Part shown: one piece after another, positions 58,581-64,000 of the stretch
Position numbering within the stretch: position 1 is the stretch's first letter
How the letters are laid out: each line of letters starts with the position of its first letter
IMG/VR virus record: IMGVR_UViG_3300044632_002025
Length of the DNA stretch: 64,000 nt
Source: a virus
Reading direction: 5' to 3' (one strand)
The notes under the pieces: generated by a model
The model's input: only the letters and a program-made list of their open reading frames with translations
Told to the model about the DNA's origin: nothing
Database searches by the model: none
Translations under genes and position numbers: made by a program

Positions 58581-59207
58581 ATGAACCAATTTACCGAAAA
58601 ACTACCCAACGGAGTAACATTAGAAATGGTAAGCTTACCAGCAGGTCAATTTCTCATGGGTTCTTCTGAAAGTGATTCTAAAAAGCCTAAACACCAAGTT
58701 AAAGTAAACAGTTTTGCCATTGGCAAATATCCCATTACTCAGGCACAGTATCAAGCAGTAATGGGAACCAATCCCTCTTACTTTGAAAATAGTCCCCAAA
58801 ATCCAGTAGAACAAGTTAGTTGGGACGATGCTCAAGCCTTTTGCCTAAAATTAAGTGAAATCACAGGCAAAACCTATCGTCTTCCCACAGAAGCTGAATG
58901 GGAATATGCCTGTCGAGCAGGTACAACTACTCACTATTATTTTGGTGATGATGCTAATCAGTTAGGGGAGTACGCTTGGTATGACGAAAATTCTAATAAC
59001 AAAACTCATCCTGTAGGACAGAAAAAGCCCAATGGTTGGGGGCTTTATGACATGAGTGGTAATGTTTGGGAGTGGTGTGAGGATATTTGTCTGCGGGGCG
59101 GTTCTTGGCACATCTTCCCTTATTACTGTCGTTCTGCTAACCGCCTCCAGAACAACCCCGTCATCCACTACGACGACTTTGGTTTTCGGGTTGCGTGCGA
59201 CGATTAG
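58581..59207 (+). CDS. FGE-sulfatase-domain protein, shorter paralogue
   Basis: Same motifs as 57381. Start taken at MNQFTEKLPN after the A13 tract. Lacks ~23 aa before RGGSW. Confidence 0.7.
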   Translation: MNQFTEKLPNGVTLEMVSLPAGQFLMGSSESDSKKPKHQVKVNSFAIGKYPITQAQYQAVMGTNPSYFENSPQNPVEQVSWDDAQAFCLKLSEITGKTYRLPTEAEWEYACRAGTTTHYYFGDDANQLGEYAWYDENSNNKTHPVGQKKPNGWGLYDMSGNVWEWCEDICLRGGSWHIFPYYCRSANRLQNNPVIHYDDFGFRVACDD

Positions 59208-59232
59208 TTAGTTATCAGTTATCAGTTATCAG
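59206..59232. repeat. (AGTTATC)x3 heptamer repeat
   Basis: Direct reading of the sequence. Confidence 0.9.
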
Positions 59233-59257
59233 CAATTAGAGTTTTAGTGTGATTGTC

Positions 59258-59710
59258 ATGGATAACCGTCTAACGCAAGTGTTTGATTTTAACTCCATTC
59301 AGCCCATTGAAGGAATCCCTTTTCAGTCTCTTTCTCTTTATGGAGTAGATTTATACTTTCAGCCAGTATCTGGTTTAAAAGGTATCTCTGTATCTGGTTT
59401 GGCTAAATTGCTGGAATACGAGAAGGGCAGTCTGTATCAGGAGTTAAGTGAAATCCCCCCTGGATGCCATTTACCTGACAACGAGTTTTGGTCGTTTGAA
59501 AATTGCGTGAAAGAAGTAAAATCCTTATCAAATGGGGGTTTACAAAAGATTTTCCTAATCCCAGAGCATGGACTATTTTTCACTCTGGAAGCTATAAAGC
59601 TCTGGACTTACTCTCGTCGAATCAGAACCAATGCTTTGATTCTACAAGCTAAATTTGCTAAAGCAGGTTGCAAACTTACTACCATGCTTCATTCGATAAG
59701 GCTGGGGTAA
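59258..59710 (+). CDS. hypothetical protein (Bro/antirepressor-like N-terminus, unproven)
   Basis: Intact ORF. ATG 59258 is preferred over GTG 59249. Confidence 0.35.
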   Translation: MDNRLTQVFDFNSIQPIEGIPFQSLSLYGVDLYFQPVSGLKGISVSGLAKLLEYEKGSLYQELSEIPPGCHLPDNEFWSFENCVKEVKSLSNGGLQKIFLIPEHGLFFTLEAIKLWTYSRRIRTNALILQAKFAKAGCKLTTMLHSIRLG

Positions 59711-59808
59711 CAAGTGGGGGGGGTTCAAGGCTTTTTTCAAAATACCTAGACTACTACCAATACTTTTTAGCCCCAGCAATGGACATAACCAATAACTAAT
59801 TTGACCAG

Positions 59809-59829
59809 CCCCTTCCAAAGGGGTTTTTT
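59809..59829 (+). terminator. rho-independent terminator CCCCTT-cca-AAGGGG-T6
   Basis: Paralogue of 1748-1768. Confidence 0.7.
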
Positions 59830-59857
59830 ATTGTCCGTTATTTGACGGGGTTGGGAC

Positions 59858-59912
59858 ACAACTGGGGGGGGGTTCTGAGATTTTTCAAGAATGGGATAAC
59901 CCCCCTAGTTGT
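59858..59912. repeat. G-run/C-run hairpin ACAACTGGGGGGGGG...CCCCCCTAGTTGT
   Basis: Inverted arms with a 27-nt loop. Confidence 0.7.
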
Positions 59913-60072
59913 CCCCTAAACCTCTTTTTAACCTTAGTCTGACTAGGGTTTCCCACGTCTTATCCTGCCAACTAGGGGGGTGGGGGGGTTCATTCTTTTT
60001 TTCACGGGACACCCCCTAATTTCACCCCGTAGCCAATTTAAACTTATTTGACCAAACTCATCTGTTAGCCCC

Positions 60073-60101
60073 TTGACATCTTTTTTCAATTTTGCTAGAA
60101 T
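60073..60101 (+). promoter_or_regulatory. promoter TTGACA-N17-TAGAAT
   Basis: Followed by an ORF-free 220 nt and a terminator. Confidence 0.55.
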
Positions 60102-60107
60102 CAAATA

Positions 60108-60328
60108 GTAAACACATACACCAAGTTCGCCCATTCTACATGGGCAGACAGTCTTAATCGGGCAAGGTCGGAACCCTAGCCTTAAACAAGTTTTTGGGGT
60201 TCTGGACTTATCGCCCGATTCTTGACTGGTTTGCCTCCCTCCCCCTGTTAGCGAATGTTTAGCCCCTTACCTGAAACTCAGTGCTTAGACTTTTAGAATA
60301 AAGTTTTCCCGAAGTCTAAAAGTTTTTT
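60108..60328 (+). ncRNA. candidate ~220-nt small RNA
   Basis: Promoter 60073-60101. Internal stems GCCCAT/ATGGGC and AATCGGGC/GCCCGATT. Terminator TTAGACTT...AAGTCTAA-agT6 (60285-60328). No ORF. Confidence 0.35.
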
Positions 60329-60333
60329 CTCGA

Positions 60334-60492
60334 ACCCCTTGACATTTAATCTACTCTCTGTTATACTGGGGTTAACCCAACAAAAACTGGTTAAGTGAGA
60401 ACCAAGCTTAATCAATCAAGGTTAAACCCCCTTTAACTAGGGTAAAACGGGCAGTTAGCTCGTGTTAGCTTGTGGAGTGGGGTTAAGCCGTC
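60334..60492 (+). repeat. promoter-leader cassette copy 3 (promoter 60339-60367), including a copy of the first 5 codons of the sigma gene
   Basis: Near-identical to the reverse complement of 10028-10188, with a 9-10-nt internal duplication. Confidence 0.85.
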
Positions 60493-60506
60493 TTACCCCC
60501 CTGTGA
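60477..60506 (+). pseudogene. 9-codon remnant of the sigma-factor gene start (GTG GGG TTA AGC CGT ...TGA)
   Basis: MGLSR matches the first five codons of ORF 9517-10044, then diverges to a stop. Confidence 0.6.
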
Positions 60507-60586
60507 AACAGGAAATTAATGTTAATGAAAGTTAACATTTTTTATAACGGGAGAAAATCCCCAGTCAAGTTTGGTGCAAGAGTTCT

Positions 60587-60836
60587 GAGGTCAAATTAAA
60601 CTCTAGAACAAACATTTGACCTGCCAAGAAATAATAAATGTATAATTTGGTACATTTTGGGTTAATTGGTTTAAATTGGTTTAAAGGACATCAACATCGC
60701 CAAACCATTCCAGCACGGGCGTTGCGGGGATTCCCATAATGGAAACCATCTACGGCAGGGTCAAACCGGAGGGACAGGGTCAGACATAGAAAAACTGGGA
60801 TAACCCCCCCAGTTGATAGGTTTTCTTAGAGCTATG
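60587..60836 (+). repeat. conserved blocks i-iv, paralogue of 2884-3127
   Basis: Colinear at an offset of ~57.70-57.71 kb with substitutions and small indels. Confidence 0.8.
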
Positions 60837-61065
60837 CCTTTAGAAATAAGTATAAATACTCATACCCTGTTTGAACTTGGTTTAATGGGGGAAGTGAGGG
60901 GGTAGCCCAAGAAAAAACCAAGAACCCCCCCCTACCTACCCCCCTAATTGCTGGTGAAACTTTATGTCTAGTACATTTGTATTACACCCTATCTCGACTG
61001 GGGCAGTGCGGGGGAAAGCAAGGGTCAACCAAGAAAAAACCGACCTACCCCCTACCCACTTGACA
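60837..61065 (+). repeat. repeat module M copy 4 plus one GGCAGTGCGGGG subunit
   Basis: CTTTAGAAATAAGTATAAATACTCATACCC ... GAAAAAACCAAGAACCCCCCCCTACCTACCCCCC ... GTCTAGTACATTTG. Confidence 0.75.
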
Positions 61066-61089
61066 AAACCTATTAGCCCAAGATATAAT
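61060..61089 (+). promoter_or_regulatory. promoter TTGACA-N18-TATAAT
   Basis: Places the transcription start at about G61096, the first base of the tRNA-like terminal stem. Confidence 0.6.
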
Positions 61090-61095
61090 AAGAAT

Positions 61096-61291
61096 GCTAT
61101 TGTGGCTTGGTAGCCAGAGGTTTGAAACGGAAACCTCCAACCGAAAAGGAATACCCACATTAACTAACCTTTAGTTAGTGGTTCAACTGGAATTTGCGAA
61201 TCCACCAAATCTGTAAAAGCTATGGGTGAGGGAAGGGCGTTTCGCCAGAAGATTTAGGACTATTTTGCGGGTTCAATTCCCGTCAATAGCA
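61096..61291 (+). ncRNA. 196-nt tRNA-like non-coding RNA (acceptor-like terminal stem plus canonical T arm, no anticodon arm)
   Basis: GCTATTG (61096-61102) pairs with CAATAGC (61284-61290). T arm GCGGG-TTCAATT-CCCGT (61267-61283). Internal hairpins TGGC/GCCA, GAGGTTT/AAACCTC, TAACTAA/TTAGTTA. Confidence 0.45.
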
Positions 61292-61314
61292 CTTTAATTG
61301 GTTTTAATCCCCAC

Positions 61315-61343
61315 TTGACAACCAGAAACATAAAGTATATAAT
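61315..61343 (+). promoter_or_regulatory. promoter TTGACA-N17-TATAAT
   Basis: Consensus hexamers upstream of gene 61365. Confidence 0.7.
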
Positions 61344-61364
61344 GGAAAAAACGGAGAAATTTTA

Positions 61365-61904
61365 ATGACCCAAGTAAAAATCTATCTGGCTGGACGTATC
61401 CACGGGTTAACGTACCAACAAGCCACTGGTTGGCGTAATGAACTTAAAAGCTATGTTAAGGTTTGGCCAGTAGAAGTCTTAGACCCTATGGATAAATCCA
61501 AAACCCTCGAAGCCCTAGACCGCCCCATTAACAACTCTGAAACTGAATTAAACGGGTATAATCCTGGGCAAATCTACAACGATGACATTTCTGCGGTAGA
61601 AAAAGCAAATATCATTTATGCCTACCTACCTTGGGGAAGCGGGCATGGTACTTCCTTTGAAATTGGTTATGCCCAGGGTTTGAATAAAATCGTCTCTAGT
61701 ATCCCCTCCTTGAGTCATTTTTTCCCCTTTAAGACTATTATCGTGGTTGGAACTCCAGATATGGTGGGACATCCTTTCTGGTCTGAAGAGGCAGGAATAA
61801 ATTTCTTCACGCTAGACCAAATTCAGGAGGCTAAAGAGTTTTTAGCAAAAATAGTTTTTGGGGAGCGTGAAACCGAAAAAACTGGGTTAAACTCCAGAAG
61901 TTAG
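61365..61904 (+). CDS. nucleoside 2-deoxyribosyltransferase-like protein
   Basis: KIYLAGRIHG...W R......GTSFEIGYAQG pattern. Confidence 0.5.
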   Translation: MTQVKIYLAGRIHGLTYQQATGWRNELKSYVKVWPVEVLDPMDKSKTLEALDRPINNSETELNGYNPGQIYNDDISAVEKANIIYAYLPWGSGHGTSFEIGYAQGLNKIVSSIPSLSHFFPFKTIIVVGTPDMVGHPFWSEEAGINFFTLDQIQEAKEFLAKIVFGERETEKTGLNSRS

Positions 61905-61937
61905 AATCGGATAGTCAAACTGATTTAAGGCAGACCA

Positions 61938-62126
61938 ATGGAACTGATTTTAGATATTGATTGCGGTGGAAAAACTTGTGCCAGTAGCAAGGGGAATTTT
62001 TGCCAATTTTTCAAGTCAGATTTAAGAAACCAATGTAGCTGTCATATATTTGATGTAGTTTACCCTGATGAATCTGGGTGGGTTCAGAGACACCCAGATT
62101 GCCTCCAGAAGACTAAGAATAAATAA
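61938..62126 (+). CDS. small Cys-rich protein (62 aa)
   Basis: Intact ORF with seven Cys. Confidence 0.35.
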   Translation: MELILDIDCGGKTCASSKGNFCQFFKSDLRNQCSCHIFDVVYPDESGWVQRHPDCLQKTKNK

Positions 62127-62138
62127 TCGATAAACCCC

Positions 62139-62167
62139 TTGACATATTCTGAACCCTATGTCACATT
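62139..62167 (+). promoter_or_regulatory. promoter CCCCTTGACA-N17-CACATT (weak -10)
   Basis: Same CCCCTTGACA -35 context as the phage promoters. Confidence 0.4.
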
Positions 62168-62200
62168 AAATAAGTAAACCAAATCACCCCTGAAAAGCAA

Positions 62201-64000
62201 ATGAAAAAGCAAAGATTGTCATTTTCCGAAGACAGCCTGTTACCTGAAAAACTCCCGCAAATTCAGGAATTACGACCTTCTAACAATCTTTCCGCAGTTT
62301 TTGAAGAGTGCCATAATTATATTTACGCCAACGAAGGAATGCTCAAAGACAAGATTTTTCACGAGATGGTTAAACTAATCATCATCAAACTTCATGACGA
62401 AAAATCCGCCAAGCAATCTGTAAATTTTGGGGTTACGGCAAGTGAATATAAAGCCATCGGAGCCAATAAGTCCGATGAATTTATGTTGCGTCTCAGTCAA
62501 TTATTTACCTCCATCAAGAATCATTATCGGGGATTTTTCACCGATGACACATTCAAGTTAAAACCTTTGACTCTTGCTTATATTGTAGGAAAGTTGCAGT
62601 ACATCAATTTAACTAAAACATCTGGCGATATAAAAGGTAAAGCTTTTCAGACTTTTGTAAATAAACACCAGCGAGGAGATAGGGGAGAATTTTTTACCCC
62701 TCACCCAATTGTACGCCTTGCAGTTGAAATGATAGACCCCAAACCAAACGAAAAAATTATCGACCCTGCTTGCGGAAGTGGTGGGTTTTTAATTCAAGCA
62801 ATCAACCATGTTCGACAAAATAATCCAGAGTTCGATATAGCAAGTTTTGTGCAAGAAAGTATTACAGGAATTGAATTTAATCCTGATGTCGCCCTTTCGG
62901 GAATGATTCGTTTAGTTTTTGAAGGTGGCACAGGTTCAGAAATTATCTGCACTAATGCGCTTATTGAAGATGAAAAATTAAATAATTCCTTTGATGTTAT
63001 CTTGACCAATCCTCCTTTCGGAAATAAAGGCAAAGTAGAAGACCAGAAAATTCTTCAATCATATCTTCTCGCCAGGAAATGGCATAAATCAGCGTCCAAT
63101 AGTTGGCAAGTTTCCCCAACCGTTTTAGCGGGTCAGTCGCCCGATATTTTATTTATTGAGAAATCTATAAAATTATTGCGGGCAGGTGGGCGCATGGCAA
63201 TTGTTTTGCCCGATGGTCTATTACAAAATATTTCTAATGGACATATTCGCTATTGGTTGCGCTCCCAAGCAAAAATATTAGGTGTTGTTTCCATCCCCAC
63301 AGAAGCTTTTGAACCTTATGGCACAGGAATCAAGACATCACTTTTGGTGGTTCAAAAATTACCAGCAAACAATGATTCTTGTTTTATGGCACAAATCAAA
63401 AAAATAGGCTATGACGTTAAAGGACAAACAATATATAAGCGCAACGAGTCTGGAGTTATAGCCCAAACAAAATTAGGTTTGCCAATAGTTGACGATGATA
63501 TAGATGATATTTCTCAATCTTTTACGTCATTTATCAACGGCGAATTTGCACAAAATAGCGATTGTATTTATACAGTTAAGAATACCCTGCTCAATTCGAG
63601 ACTGGATGCCGAACATTATTTACCCAATGACCAAAAATTATTAGAATATCTAAAATCTATTGGGGCGAAACCTTTAGGTGAAATTGCCGATATTTTGAGA
63701 GATTCATCTGATTTTCGTTTAGCCAAAGATAGTGAAATTAGATATATCGCTATCTCCGATGTTGATTATCGTACAATGCAAGTTGTTTCTCAACAAATAA
63801 TCAAAGCACATGAAGCTCCATCTCGTGCAACTTATAGATTGTACAAAGGTAATATTATTACAGCAATTTCAGGAGCAAATACGGGAAGTCCACGCCAAGC
63901 AACAGCCCTAATCACGGAAGATGAAGACGGAGCAATTTGCTCAAATGGATTTTCAGTATTAAGAAATATTCAGGGAGTCGAGCCTTTGTTTTTATTAGTA
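62201..64000 (+). CDS. gamma-class N6-adenine DNA methyltransferase (HsdM-like) fused to a target-recognition-like domain; 3' end beyond the window
   Basis: Open frame from ATG 62201 to the window edge (600 codons; absent from the ORF track because no stop is reached). Motif I IDPACGSGGFL, motif IV LTNPPFG. Confidence 0.75.
   Translation, partial: MKKQRLSFSEDSLLPEKLPQIQELRPSNNLSAVFEECHNYIYANEGMLKDKIFHEMVKLIIIKLHDEKSAKQSVNFGVTASEYKAIGANKSDEFMLRLSQLFTSIKNHYRGFFTDDTFKLKPLTLAYIVGKLQYINLTKTSGDIKGKAFQTFVNKHQRGDRGEFFTPHPIVRLAVEMIDPKPNEKIIDPACGSGGFLIQAINHVRQNNPEFDIASFVQESITGIEFNPDVALSGMIRLVFEGGTGSEIICTNALIEDEKLNNSFDVILTNPPFGNKGKVEDQKILQSYLLARKWHKSASNSWQVSPTVLAGQSPDILFIEKSIKLLRAGGRMAIVLPDGLLQNISNGHIRYWLRSQAKILGVVSIPTEAFEPYGTGIKTSLLVVQKLPANNDSCFMAQIKKIGYDVKGQTIYKRNESGVIAQTKLGLPIVDDDIDDISQSFTSFINGEFAQNSDCIYTVKNTLLNSRLDAEHYLPNDQKLLEYLKSIGAKPLGEIADILRDSSDFRLAKDSEIRYIAISDVDYRTMQVVSQQIIKAHEAPSRATYRLYKGNIITAISGANTGSPRQATALITEDEDGAICSNGFSVLRNIQGVEPLFLLV

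Noticed and set aside
61096-61291. tmRNA, or a tRNA gene with a group I intron
   Set aside because: Pair 3:70 is U-A rather than the G-U needed for alanylation, and there is no tag reading frame. The insert (~120-150 nt) is too short for a group I intron. No 3' anticodon-stem strand lies upstream of the T arm.

Overview
The window is almost entirely a densely coded tailed-phage (siphovirus-type) genome segment. It is probably a cyanophage or prophage of a filamentous cyanobacterium. That host guess is an inference from PhoH/MazG/ThyX-type auxiliary genes, FGE-sulfatase-type genes and AGTTATC heptamer repeats, and it cannot be proven without searches.

Recognisable content, in order:
- Scaffold-like and major capsid genes (4.4-6.6 kb).
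- A divergent ThyX plus sigma-factor operon (8.5-10 kb).
- A 2612-aa tape measure gene followed by a long tail-tip/fibre module (10.2-31.5 kb).
- An HNH-type endonuclease.
- An IS607-family element (amber-interrupted tnpA plus tnpB).
- Portal and large terminase on the minus strand. TerL is split in its P-loop by a class-3 mini-intein.
- MazG, a tRNA(CAU), KilA-N/Bro, PhoH and a 5'-3' exonuclease.
- Endolysin, an SF3 primase-helicase and a 1087-aa protein with three HExxH-bearing repeats.
- Two tandem FGE-sulfatase-like genes, a nucleoside 2-deoxyribosyltransferase-like gene and a 3'-truncated N6-adenine methyltransferase.

Two promoter vocabularies partition the genes. One is a repeated TTGACA-N17-TATACT class. 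The other is a start-associated TTAGACAATAACGCCCAA-type motif in front of structural and lysis genes.

The most unusual features are two paralogous gene-free regions of about 1.7 kb (1.7-3.5 kb and 59.7-61.4 kb). They are built from shared repeat modules, G-run/C-run hairpins and promoter-driven non-coding units, including a 196-nt tRNA-like RNA.

All product calls rest on motifs read by eye from the translations. No database search was possible.
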